Below, piece after piece: positions 50,731-64,000 of a stretch of DNA of 64,000 nt. The DNA lies in the NCBI GenBank assembly GCA_965153285.1, contig OZ229111.1, one strand, 5' to 3'. Each line of letters starts with the position of its first letter. The stretch's first letter is position 1. This stretch comes from Podarcis tiliguerta (Eukaryota). The notes beneath the pieces were generated by a model, which worked only from the letters and a program-made list of their open reading frames with translations, made no database searches and was not told the origin of the DNA. The position numbers were made by a program, and so were the translations under genes.

Positions 50731-53256
50731 CATTCAATCTTCCTTAATTTTCTTGTATTCTTTGTTTTAGATTGTGAGCTTTTGGGATAATGTATAACCA
50801 CAGTGATTGAGAACTCCAGAGTTCCTGTGCACTGTGAGCAATAAGTGTTTCATTCACTTGAATATCAATGATGGACTTCCACATGCATCACAACTGTGTG
50901 CCCCCATCTTTCTCCAGCATGAAATGAATAGAAAAGGTATTACACTTAATTGCTCCTTGTTGAAATGTTGCAGGGAAGAGTACCAAGAGTACAGGCTATA
51001 TGATGCACATATTCCCACATCTAAATAGCCTCTAATATTTTTTACTGTAGTTCTTCATGGCACTGTTTGTCTAGGAGTTTACAATCCAAGTCAGAAGTTC
51101 TCACAGCACATGAGACTTAACTGCTGGAGTACTACTTAACTTTGTACACACAAACCAACAAGCAAACACAAAAACACACTGTATATGATAGGTGAGAAGC
51201 ATGTTTTGGAAGAAAAGACAGGAATGCTATTTACTAAGATATTTTGCAAGCAACAGAAATGCCACAGAAACCCACAAGGGAAACAACTGGGAAACCAAGC
51301 CTAGAAAAGTTGGATAAGTGTTAGCAACATGGAGTGAACAAAGATTCAGGGTGTTGAAGGAATAAAAGCACAGATGCTTGCATGCAAAGCATAAAAGTTC
51401 AAAATCTTGGTCATGCTTTCAGAGAAAAAACCCACATGACTCTGAAAGGTCTCCAGCTATGAAGGAAGACAATCTAGGAAGATCATCTAAGCAGGAAAAA
51501 AGGCAAGATTCTGACAGCTTTCAACAGCTGTACCTGTGGTCTCTACCATTTGTCTCTAATCATGCCAACTGCTGAGATCATCATCAATCCCCTGTCTGCC
51601 ACTCGATGTCCATATCAAATGAAGAAAACATAGGAAAATCCTGTTAGTTCACATTTTAGATGGACATATATGGGGCCATGGAAAGAGCCACTGAACAATT
51701 TAAAAACTCTTGCTTTGTGCACTCTCCTTTCCCTACACATCTTTTGCAAAAGCCACACATATGATGGCTGGAGTATTCTACATTTAGCAGTATCTCAAGA
51801 GGCTTTATCATTCATCATGTGTTCTTAAGAGATTCACACACACATCCCAGGGCTTGTGATGGAAGAATAGCTATAATAAATTAACTAATATTCCAAATTA
51901 TCACTAAGCATAAAGACACAAACATGATGAGCAACATATAAAGTATAAAATGTTTAAATCACATGCAGAATGTTTTTCTTCTTTCGGGTCCAAATAGCAA
52001 ATGTTTAAATGCTGTAAGCTCAAACAAAAGGTTTATTTATCAACTAGTTGCATTAGTTGCACTAATGTGAATCCTTGCATGTGCACAACTATTTTGCTGA
52101 ATACTGCCCACAGTTAATATCAGATATTTATTAACATATCTGTAAGTGTTCCACATGTCTATTGGAATGACATTTGTTCTTTAAAAAAAGACAAAGCAGT
52201 TGGGGAGAAGTGAAAATCTATCCCCCATCTCCATAAATTCTTAGACATTGTCCCCCTTCTCAAACATGTATGTTTAGGTTATATGCTGTACAGGACAGGA
52301 TATGGTTTTGGCAACTGCCAAAAATCAATTTTCCTCAGTGTGAGAGTGTTTGTCTATGTTTGCATTATATCCAATGGACATAAGCCTCAGAACGGAACAT
52401 CTACACAAAAGATTTCTACTAGATCCTGAACAGGCTCATAAACAACACAAAATTTACAAGGGAAAAAGATGGAAGAATGGGATGGAAGAAGAAATAAGTT
52501 AATTTAATTATGTACAATGACTTAAAGCAACCCAATGGAGTACAATGGAAGAAATGACCAATGGCCTTCTTAAAAACCTACCCTGGAGTAGAGTGGGGAC
52601 TGTGGCATATTAAAATTGCTAAAATTACTTGAGAATTTAGTACACAGACATAGCTTCCTAGCTTGCATTATAACCACACTTCCACTTCCCAACAGCAAAC
52701 ATACAACTGGATAACTTGTGAACCGCTCCAAAAGAACGAGTAGTTACTAGGTTTCTTCTTTAAATTCCAACCATGTACTCTGATGTGTATTCTTCAGAAA
52801 ATAACTGGCAAATTCCAAAAGTCACATAAGAACACAGCAGGTCCGTGGAATTTTACACCTACTTGTAATCAAAGATTTTCCTGAAATTTCCAGAGACTTT
52901 TTGCAGCTTTTCTCAGCTTCCTGTATATGCATGTGGAAGCAGGGGGGAGGGGGACTGCCACAGGAAACATTAAAAAGATTTTAGGATAAATTGGGAGTAT
53001 ATAGTGTAAACCAAATCCCCTCCGGCACAGCCTTCTCCCCCAATACACAATGAAAGTGCTGTGGGTTAGAGGGTACACTGTAAGGGTGATTAAAAACAAA
53101 CGGTTATCAGATGTTTAGGGAAAAGGAAAGTGAAGGAGGAAATAATGTTGGTTTCCTTGAATATACTGAGAGAAGAAATATTGCTGCAATAAGAGGGGGC
53201 GGGGAACCCTACATGTTTGCTGAGAATTATACTTCTAATACCTTGTTTCAAATAAC

Positions 53257-53370
53257 CAGCACTATTTTTCTAGAAAAAAGGTGCCAGAACTCACTTTCTT
53301 GTCTTATAGTGGCAATGTGCCCATTTGAGAGGTGCCGGAACCAAGTTCTGGCTGGAAAAAAAAAGCCCTG
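53257..53370. mobile_element. Short hAT-type MITE, 114 bp
   Basis: Imperfect TIRs CAGCACTATTTTTCTAG / CTGGAAAAAAAAAGCCCTG, internal repeat AGGTGCC(A/G)GAAC x2, and flanks CAAATAAC / AGAATAAC (6/8 match, decayed TSD). Confidence 0.65.
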
Positions 53371-56300
53371 AGAATAACTAATCAATAAAAGCAAACAATG
53401 AAATGGTCCTGAAATGGATTGCTAACAACAGAATCAAGTAAGGAGCCTAATGTACTGGCTCAGTTTGGATGATCATTTTTTTGCTTATTTAACAGACTCT
53501 TCTGCAAACAGGTATTCTCTTTGTCTCTTCCTTTGTGAAAACTGAAATTAATCCAGAAATTCTCAAATTAACCACAGTTTCCTACTTTGCCCATAATGAG
53601 CAAACCAATTCAAATAAATGTCACTCTATGGTTACAACTTCGGAACAAGTAAGGATCTTAAATGAGCTAAAGATCTTGGGCTTGTTTCAAAGCTGGTAAC
53701 AGATACACTAGTACAATCTTGCAGATCGTAAATTAGTTCCACTTTGAAAAACTAAAATCTTTATTAGTTTATTGGACTTTTTTCTTTTACAAACTCTTGC
53801 AAATATAAGGAAGAACTCAAGTCCTTGAACAGTATGGCAACACCTATTGTCTATTAATAGGCAGTTTAATATTTCAAAATGTGACATGGGAAATATATTT
53901 ATTGTATACTACAGTTCCTCATACACAGTAGAGAGCAATGAATATTTATAAAATACTTCATTAAAAATATACTTAAAACACTATTTACTATAAAATACAA
54001 CTTATGAAAATTGAGCAATACAGTTGAACAAGTTGAGCCACTCCTGCTATGATCCAAAGGGCAAAAATTGGTAGGTCTTCAGCTATTTGCTTAATAAATA
54101 TAAAATGTGGGGCAGTCAAATCTCATACTGGGGAAAAGTTCCATAGACAGGGGAGTAATGTGTTCTATTGTTTTCAGTTACTTGATTAATGAAGCCTAGA
54201 CTTAAAGCAATGGCTTCAATTTGAAAAGAAATATATGCATGGATTTAACCAGATTACTCACAGGAACCAGATAATTTCTCTCTAACAAGACTACACATAT
54301 ATCTCAAATCACAGATGCAACTCCAGAAATGCTGCTAAGGAGATAGTGCACCTGAATACTAGGTCACAATTCTAGTTTTGGGGTTATGATTGAAGGGGGA
54401 TCCTTCATAAATTGTAATTGGTCTTTAACAGTGTTATGCTATTTTAATCAGTGAATATCATACCAGGAAAAAAGAAAGTGGGAGAAAACAATTGATTCTG
54501 TAGACATTCTCCCAAAGTTTTTTAATGGTCCCTTAGAAAATAGATTCTTTTTAGTAATAAAAATAATTTATTTTGCTACATTTCTATTTTTGACCGATAT
54601 ATTGTTCAAGTAGTAACATATTGTGTTAATTTATTCAATTCCACTAATTTTACAAACTGCATTCATAGGCTAAATGTATCTCATTTTAAGAGCACTTATT
54701 TTCTAATTGCATGAAACAAGGATTTGCTTACTTATTTTCTTCGCTTTCAACAAATCAAGTGATTCTAGGGTGGGGTACATCACACACTCCATAAAGAGTA
54801 CAACTACTCTTCTCTTGAAATATTAGTGGCTTATTGAATTATTATAAACCTGGCTAAAGAAGTAAGGTTTTATACTTAAAGAAATATAGTTCCAAGGGAT
54901 ATATTTTTTTCCAAAACCAACAAAAGTGGACAATTTTTATCAGTCAACCAACATTAGAATGTACAGTCAACATAGGTAATCCCTTAGACATTTTGCTCAT
55001 TGGCCTTAAAGTCTAATAGATGTAATTCATAAGAATTCAGTTGCTTCAAATTGTTTTTAATGGTGTTTTTAATGTTGTAATCCGCCCCTGGACTTTACGG
55101 TGAAAGGCAGGTAAGGAAGGAGGAGGAGAAGAAGAAGAAGTTACCTTAGTGATTCCTGTTAAACAGTGGGGCAAATATTCAAACACAGAAGCTACGATTT
55201 GGCGCAATGAAATATATTACAATGTTGTAAAAGTTGAAACACTGGTACCAAGATGAATCAGAAATGTATCAATCTGTTCTGCTTACTTTGGACAAGATTT
55301 TAAAACCAATATTATTTGAAGAGCTATTGAAAGAAAATTCAGGAACATTAATGACGTTGCTTTTCACAAGCAACGATAGATTTTCAACAACTAAGATATT
55401 ACACAGGATCTTCATAAACTACCTAATCAGAGTGACAAATAAACCTCCAACAAATACATAAAAGACTGTATTATAATCACTGGAGCTTAAACAATTTTAT
55501 TATTAAAAATTTCTATACCACTCTCATCTGAGGATTATAGATAAGATAAAAACACAAAAATAGACCCTATAGGTTCAAAAAATAAAATAAAAAACCCCTC
55601 CCAAAAAACAATAACCCCAAACATGTATCAATCTGTTATTATTGTTTTGTTACATTTCAACAGATTTCTGGTTCAAAACACAAATTTTGCTATTAAATTC
55701 AATAGGAGAGGTTCTAAATAATGCAGAGCATTAAAGAAAAATTATTTAGAATTGCTTTTGAATATGGCTCTAAACAAGAAAACTGCAGCAGTGCTTGCCT
55801 TTAACTAGTAACATCACATGTTAAAATGAGATTGAAGTAATGTAGAATAGTCTGAAAAAAGAAAGGGAATTTAGTAAATAAACTGCTGAAATAAACTGCT
55901 GAAATACAGTGAACTGCTGTTGTAATTGCTATTGCTTTGTTTTTCAAGAGAATGATCGAAATATCTTGGAATGTAAGAGTCACAGAACGTATCATAATAA
56001 TGCCTACATTTACAAAAACAGAGACAAATGCTAAGTTTTACCATCATCCTTCAACTGTGGAAATATTTTGTTTTGCAGGATTAATTTCTTCTTCCCATAC
56101 TCCAAGCGAAATACCCAAGTTTAAACAATTTGTAATTGTACTAAATTAAGCTGATTAACAAAGATTAGCACAAAAGACGATTACTTGTTAAATATATTAT
56201 TTGCATTATACATAAGTAGAACTAGTGTTTATATTTGGGGGGCGTCATATCATAAGTGAGCAAGCTCTCTCTGTGGCTTTATTTCTCATATGGTACTCAC

Positions 56301-58255
56301 TTTAATATTTTCAGCCTTGCCTAAGGCTGCAATTTGAACTAACTGAAGTCATAGGAAGAAAATCTTACTGAACTCAATGGGGAAAGGATCACTTTCAAAA
56401 TCACTTTTGGAAATGGGCTGTATGTTAGTAATGGTCATACTCTGGCCTGAGCCTCAGGGCAGTTAAATAGATTTTGTCTGCATTAAGCGACCCAACTCAA
56501 AACCTTTATTCACAGAATATACTACTGCTATCTAACACAACTAGACTTTTGCTTTATCGGGGGTTTCAGCCAACCCAACACTAAAAAGTTTTTTTCAGGG
56601 TCAGACTCTGGAGAAATGAAATCCCGGGCAGCTTCTCATTTAGATATTGAACACAACAAAATTTCCAACACTGTATAACTTGGGAAAGCAGTTTTGTAGC
56701 AGCACTGTTATATTATGAAAGAGTTATGAAGGGAAGCACACCCAACAGAGCAAATTTTACATTTGGCGTATTCTTGATATGGCCATGTTAAAAGGGTTAC
56801 TGTTACACACACACATAAAAACAAGCAAACTGAAAAAGTGACATGATATATAGGACTATCACCTGTCGTGTTGCTCTACCTGTAAAAAAGGCAACATGCC
56901 ACCATACAGAAGCCTGCTGCATTACATAAAAAGAAATTCCTCCAGCTACCATTGTGACAAGCAGTATCGTATCATTGGAGAAAGCCACATACTTCTGAGT
57001 GAAGTAAAAATAATGGATCACAGGACATGTCTAAAAATAATAATCAATTAATTATCTGGCTTCCCCAAAAGAGTTTTTTGGATGTATCAATCCAAAAAGA
57101 ACACAATAATATTTTTTTAGAAAAGAATTTTAATAATGATTAATTGAATTTTAAAAAGCACCACAAAATGCCTCCCTTAAATGTTTCCCCATATTATTTT
57201 TGGAACAGAGATTACAAGGACAACCGACAAATTCACAAAGAGGTGAATAACCAACAATGTATGAGCTGGGTTTATATCTTTTCTTTGTTATGTGAAGGAA
57301 TATGCAGTTCTAAGTACTAAAATGAATTACTCTAAATATTTAGAATATTTCGGCATGTACAGCTGAAAATGTCAGACATCACTTTGCAATTCAAACCTTT
57401 CCCTTTTATGCAACTAGCACAGATATTAGGCAATGCTTCCAACATCTCTGGGTGCTCATTTTAATAGGTATGCTTTGTTTTTCTTATTTGACAATAGACT
57501 AAATAAAGAGAAGGGTGCTTTGTGCACAGCAAATTAGAACATAAGGATCACCTCAAAACGAGAACACCGAGAGCATGAAAGTCAAGTAAAACTTTTTATT
57601 AGTTACAGAGCTGCCATTGAAGACAGCATAATTCTTACTACTTAAAATTGCAGGCTATTGTTTTCAGTAGTACTTTACCAGTCAATAAGCCTGGTGGATT
57701 TCAGAATCCCTCCCCAATAATATGTGGCACCAACACATGTTCTACAGTAACGGCCTTAATCACCTTTTATGAGCAATGGTGTCCCTTTTTGGAGATGAAA
57801 ACATCTGTGGGTCACATAGAAAACAAAGTTAGGCTTCCAACAGAACCTTATACTCTGCTCTGAAATTCTAGATGACAAAAGCTTTTAATCTTCATAGTTG
57901 GGATGACCGTAAAATATTTCCTAGTCACTGCTGGCTTCTAGGAAAACTCATGCATTGTAAAACTGCACACGTTCTCATACATAAGACAGACATCTCAATC
58001 TTCTGAGGTACAGAATGATTACACAGTTAATTTTTCAAGCTTTGCCAACAATCCAGTCTTATATGCCCACTGGCATATAAGCAGAAGACTACAGAAGCAA
58101 GCAACGACTCAATTTTCAGCAATAAAAAGTGTGAGAAGGGAACATTTAGCGAAACAACAGTAGTTGCTATTCAAAAAAGAAGAAGAAAGTTAGGGTCGAT
58201 ATTGAATTTCTGTGACTTCTGAATTTAGAATTGAAATTCTGATAGCAACGTTGTA

Positions 58256-58271
58256 ACACACACACACACAC
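58256..58271. repeat. (AC)8 microsatellite
   Basis: Read directly. Confidence 0.85.
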
Positions 58272-59184
58272 TACACAACCTTACTTGTTTACATTTAAAG
58301 CTCTTTTCCCTGATCTACAACTCTGGTGCACTTCAGTGTACTTTGAACTAGCATACAAGAGTAAGCTTCCCTAGTCACAAACAGCTCCATGTGCCAAAGA
58401 TTCACACATGAAGGTGCTTCCTTCAGTGAAGTAAACAGAAAATGTCTTGAGCTGATAGGCCCTCGGTTCACATCTTATTTCCTGTGTGCAGAAGCACCTG
58501 CTGCATTGAGGTCAATAAATATTCCATACAATAATATCCCACATGTCTCCATTGCATGCCAAGTGGTGGTATCATGTGGCCCCTTTATTTTATCAGCTGC
58601 GCCAGCTGCTAGTTTGTTTCCGAGTATAACTCAAGGCGCTGGCAATCAACATTTCAAGTCCTAAAAAGTTGGGGGCAAGCTACTGGAAGATCAGCTGATG
58701 TGGTCCTCTTGTGTGCGCCACTGCCTTCTGAGATACAGGTAGAAGCAGTGTGTGGAAGGTCTTCCCTGTGGCAGACCCCATTATGTTAACGCCAGCCACA
58801 AGAAACTAGGTCATCTTCTTCGTGATCTGTGTTCCACCAGTGTCTGAAGACATTTCTCTGAACACGGAGAACAATGTGCAGAAATGAACAGTTCATCAAG
58901 CTGTGCATATTGCCCTGTCAAACAATGCTAGGGAATTTGCAGAGCCTGGTGGCATAAACAGAGTATTTCATACACTGCCCATTCACAAGACACAGTCTAC
59001 ATTTAGACTCAACACACATTCACCAGTAACTGTGTGAAATTTTCAAAAGCATTACCATCATGGGGCTTATTTTTACTGGACTGCTTATGCTGCTGCTATG
59101 TGCACATTCTCGTATGAGGTGAAGACACACAATGGCTGGTGTTTTATGTAAATAGTTTAAATAAACACACTCATAACAACTCCA

Positions 59185-59325
59185 ACAGTTCACTTTTACA
59201 TGCAAGAAGTTCCAGGTTCAATAGTTGGCAACTCTTTTAATTTACCAGGAAGAAGACGATGGGGGGGGGGGGGGAGAGACTAGATGGATCAATAGTCTGA
59301 GTAGGCATAAGGTAGTTTCATACAG
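59185..59325 (+). mobile_element. Degenerate Squam3-like SINE with internal G tract
   Basis: TTTACATGCAAGAAGTTCCAGGTTCAAT head and CTAGATGGATCAATAGTCTGA...ATAAGGTAGTTTCAT tail resemble the 50270 copy. Confidence 0.5.
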
Positions 59326-60480
59326 GCAAGTGATTGTCTCCTCAAATATAAACCTACCCATTTCTTTAGATAGTTCTCCAAGGTCTTTCTTGAAGTCCTG
59401 TCACTACCATCAGAAGGTGGGTAGTTACCAGAGATGGAACTTTTTCCATCATGGAACCCCACTCTTGGCATTCCCTTCTCAGGGAGGCTCATCTAGGCCT
59501 GGTTTATTCCTGATGGTTTCAGCTAAGACCTTTTCCTTAAGAAAGGCGAGCAAATTTTGCAGATAGGTAAAATAATAAAACAAAGCCTGAACAAAACAAA
59601 CTCAATCCTACGTACCTATTTCAACAGAGGGTAGCGGAACTTAAAGAGGTTTTTAAGTACAAGTGTGGAAGAGCTTGAAAGGATCAAGTTCAAGATGCTG
59701 CATTGAGTTGCAGCAACACAAGTCCTTGTTTCAGAGTGCTTTCGTGTGATGTACCTTAACATATTCAGTTAATCTTCATTATTCCAATTTAACATACTGG
59801 AAAAATGAGGGTGCGGTTTCAAATTACATTTTGTACAAAGAAACAATATTACTCAGCTTATGGGCCAATACACCACACAGCGAGTGAGCTGCACAGCATA
59901 GCATGTAAGGTTCGTTACTGTTGAGACGCCTAATTATTTTTCCGTCTATGCACACACCACCATGTAAGTTCTAACTTTAAATTCTTCTGACAACATGCCT
60001 TTGAAGTTTATCCACTGCAAAAAAGGAGAGAGAGACAGAAGAAGGAAAAAAAGACTTGCATCCAAGTGCCGAGATTCAGGCAATGGTGTGTGTTTCTTTT
60101 TTTCTTTTATAAAAAAAAAATTGCGGCTTGCTTCTCCAATTTAAAACCTCACACAGCGTTGAAAATGCAAAGGCTCTATTAGAAATGTAATTCAAATTAA
60201 TGAAACACAAACATGGGGAAGACAAAAAATAACTTTAATGTGGGTTTTATAAAGCACAATTTTGACACTCTGGAAGAGAAACACATTATATAGCAACAGA
60301 GGGGAGGAAATGCAATCTATGTTAGTTCCCATATAAATCATCCACATACTGTACTGACACCAAGGGGAGAATATACAACTTAAACTATGTCCTAATTCAA
60401 TCCAGTACTGCTGTGTGCTACCATCAAAACATTAGAAAACCATATTATATATCCATGCATGCTTAGTTAATGAGAAAGTT

Positions 60481-60690
60481 AGGGGAGTGCAATGATTAAG
60501 AAGAAGCTGTAAGGAAGGAAACCTTGATTCAAACCTCATCTCAACCATGCACTCACTTGATTGCCTTAGGCAAGCCACCGTCTCAGGCTCCCCACTGAAA
60601 CAGGGAAATAATAATACTGGCCACTACATAAAACTGCTGTGAGAATTTCTGAGAATCTAAGTGTACATTGGTTTGAATGTGTTACATGAA
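60481..60690 (+). mobile_element. MIR/CORE-SINE-like element
   Basis: B-box-like GATTCAAACC, then CCTTAGGCAAGCCAC...TCTCAG...GGGAAATAATAATACTG...GCTGTGAGAATT, the MIR core pattern. Confidence 0.6.
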
Positions 60691-63600
60691 CACAGAGTAT
60701 TGTAAGTATACATGCAAATGTACATAGGAAGGTCGCCATGGAAATGTCGTAGCTTCTTCAGACCTAATTATTTTTTTTTCCACAGGCAAGATCTGCAATG
60801 TACTAGGCTCCTGCACACCCAAGAGCATCTTCATTCACTGCAATGCTAGACAATGAAGTGCACATGCCTTTTCCTTGTACATGTAAAGCTGCCCTTGACT
60901 TAAGAAAAGAATAAATTGTGAAGTCAATTTAATGACAGAGGAATAAATGGACAGAATGTGCTTATCTGAGGGTAGGCAGAGGTTTAGTGCAGCATATGTA
61001 TGCACAATTTCTTTTTCCAATTTATTATGCCTTCATTTCCCTGTAATTGCTTCAAAACAGGAATTCAAGGTTTCAAAAAAAGTGTAACGAAGTTTTTATA
61101 TCTCATGGTTGGAAACAAAAGTCTTGAAAAATCATTGTATACAAACAATAACTTAAGATGCACTAGTTTATCAGATTTAGGGGGGCGGGGATTGAGTTAT
61201 ACATAACAAATATAGAAACAAAATTTAACTCCCAAACTGTCTTCCTGTTCTGACTTACTAACCAATACGTCACAATGTATATTTCATACTGAGGATATAC
61301 AGGTATACCAGTTCCAAAATCAATCACACTGATTTTAAAGATGGAGTTAACTGTCCCCAAATGAAATCAACGAGACCCAGCTTTTGTGGGACTTGCACCC
61401 ATAGTAACTGCACTGGAGTCAGCCACAGTCAAAACATAATGCTTTTCATATGCCTATTTAAAAGTAACGGAGATGAAGCTGATATAAGCTGCCTTTCATC
61501 CAGAACTTCACCAGCCATATTAATGAAGTCCATGTTTACATAAGCAGATATTACGTGCATTAGTTTAATTCTGAGCACACTTTTAGCATGCACCCGAAAT
61601 GCAGGGGTAAAACTAAACAGGATTAATTCAGATGACCACCGATTTCCCGAATGCTAGGATTAAGTTTAAATTCATATTAAACCTTTTAACCATTAAGACT
61701 TGCGGAATGTAACGATGCACTTGTGAAGCAGGGTTTTAAAGGGGCTTAAGTACAGAGGTAAACTCTGGGATTACATTTAAAGTAAAATAAAAGGACAGAG
61801 CAAAGTGCATCCAAGCTAAACTTGCTATAAAATAATAAACATAAAGTGTTGAAAGAGGCTTACAGTGCACAGTACTGAGGAATGGAGAAGGGAGGGGGAA
61901 AGAGAGCTTGAGACTCAGCAATGAATCAACAGAAGTGCCTCTTTTTAACTACACCCCCCCTCCCCCCATTAGAGGCATTTTTCTAATTGACACTGAATTA
62001 GCATTTACTACCCTACTGCACTCTACGTGGCAAACACTTTAATGGAAACCGCTTGATGGTTTTGGCTCATGGTAGAGGTGTAACAAACAAGATTTAGTGG
62101 GCAGAGGGAATGGCAGTGTCACACGGAACAGCACACTGGCTCTCTTCTCTTTACTCATATGGGGAGCTATGCATGGACTGCTTGCCCTTGACCAGTAAAT
62201 GAGCACCTCTAAAACAATGAATTAATTATGCATTCCCCGTGAGTTTGGAGACTGTGCTTAATATGATTAGTGCTGCTGTCTACCCAACTTAAGTGTTGAC
62301 GTGTATTTTAAAAACTGAAAGTGGGGTGGGATGTCTTCTGATACCCAGAACATTAATTCTGAAGTCTTCTTAGTGTCTGCATAATAAAAGTGGAGCCTTC
62401 TCACAAGTGCCATAAAGGAAACAGGTCAATATACATGCACATACTCTACTGGTACTGTCTGAGGTTGTTATTCATCATTTTCATTGAAGACAAAAAGGGG
62501 AAAATGAAAGAAATAAAAAGATCCCTCCCCCCCCTTCTGCCCCCCAGCAAATGTATAACATTCCAGAACATTACAATAATGAAACCATAGAAAGCAGTTT
62601 CCTTAATAACTTGCTCAATATTGCCTTCTTCTTCTTACCCATAATATTCTACCATATTTGACAAGCTAATTTTCAGCTTCCTTTTGCAAATATGCTCTTT
62701 TGTGTTTAAACAGTCAGCATTTTCACATTCTCTAGACATGCATAACAATATTTCAAAACTATTTTATTTATGCAATGGATTAAATAGTGCATATGTGCCA
62801 CAGCAATTTACCTAACAGTACTTAACAGTTTCACAGCCTACGAATCACCAAACTAATTTTACATGTCTATCAAGATGATTGTTTCTAATGTGCATTTCTT
62901 TGTAATAAATCTTAACTAAAATGGCTATTCATTTGTTGAAAGTAGCGGTAATGACTCATTGCAGAGGAGAAATAACTTTAAAAAATTAGACCAACACAAA
63001 AAAACTCAAGTGGCAAATTTAGCATGAAAAGTAAGGGGAAAAAATCTTTACAGTTGCTATGCCACAAAGGAACCCAAGTCTAAATGCAATTCATCCTGCT
63101 TCCTTTTGAAAGCCCATTTGCAATTTCTCACAATTCTTAGAGTAAACCCTTGCTGTTACCACACGATAAGATAAATTTGTAGTGTTGAACTGTGTATTGA
63201 TGAGAAAGACAGTGTTGATTATAGCTCCTGGAAGACCACCCAGCAAGATAGCCGCATGCAATAACAATTTTTCCTCTTTGTCAACTAATAAGAGCTCATG
63301 GCAGGATAAAATTGACTGTTGAACACTGAATATAGTTGGGCATTTAAGGCTAGACTCTGTGCCTTTTGCAAGCTTAAAGGAACATATTCATGCTAGCTGT
63401 AGTCTGCTTCTATTTACCTTTAAGATAAATAATCTGCAACACCAGTCACTGTGAAATAATTCGGCTACAAAAACTAGTCATGCAATCTAAAGAACTTTTC
63501 TTTAGGAAGGTTTCTAATCAGGAAGGGGGGGGGAAGCAACTTACCTGCTGCTATGAGTTAGGGTGATGATTTCCATGCTAGAAACTCTAGTGTTTAGCAG

Positions 63601-64000
63601 AGATCTCCACATTCCACAACAACATATTTCACTTTACCACAATTATACCAGTGATAGTTCATGAAAAGCACTAGATACATTTATGAAAGGCAAAAAGGCA
63701 ACAGCTATTTCCAGTTACAGCCTGGACTGGCTTAAAGAATCCCATAACCTTCTTGGAGTCTTGGAGCAGATGACACAATAATGGCCCGCTATTTTTACTC
63801 GTTGATTTCCCTAAGTATTTTTTTAAAAAAAATAAATAAATTCAAATGTTGTAGCTGCATGCTATTTTTCTCTCTTCACGATACCTTGTTTCTCCCCTGC
63901 AAGACAGCCACTGAGCTCAGGGCAATAAAACATGCTGCGTTCATTGGAGAAAAGCTCTATCTCTCTTCTACAAAGTTGTTTTACTTTTACAGGAGGTGTT

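Noticed and set aside
63545-63670. COX10 exon 4 (expected about 125 nt, ending in ...NSINQ)
   Set aside because: The size is similar and the donor is strong, but the translation has stops and no COX10 similarity. Exon 4 must lie beyond the window.

Overview
Eukaryotic (vertebrate) genomic DNA, AT-rich and CpG-depleted. The repeats (a CR1 LINE with a TTCTATGA-type tail, Squam3-like SINEs, CAGTGGTACCTC-ended MITEs, hAT MITEs) point to a squamate reptile, probably a lacertid lizard (inference). The whole window appears to lie inside one minus-strand gene, COX10 (heme O synthase / protoheme IX farnesyltransferase). Two coding exons are visible: 71 nt at 32520-32590 (missed by the ORF track) and 233 nt at 9019-9251. 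Both have canonical AG/GT ends, join in frame, and match the sizes I recall for human exons 5 and 6. The rest is intron: more than 31 kb upstream of exon 5, 23,268 bp between the exons, and more than 9 kb downstream of exon 6. The introns hold a young 5'-truncated CR1 with an intact RT frame, older CR1/L2 fragments, three Tc1/mariner-pogo-type MITEs, two hAT MITEs, tRNA- and 5S-derived SINEs, microsatellites, a strong CTCF-like motif, several perfect hairpins and some non-repetitive blocks that may be conserved enhancers. Nearly all other ORFs in the track are chance ORFs. I found no convincing new multi-gene system. The most notable observations are small: a MITE sitting next to a copy of its own empty site, inverted repeats bracketing exon 5, and a perfect 20-bp fold-back.
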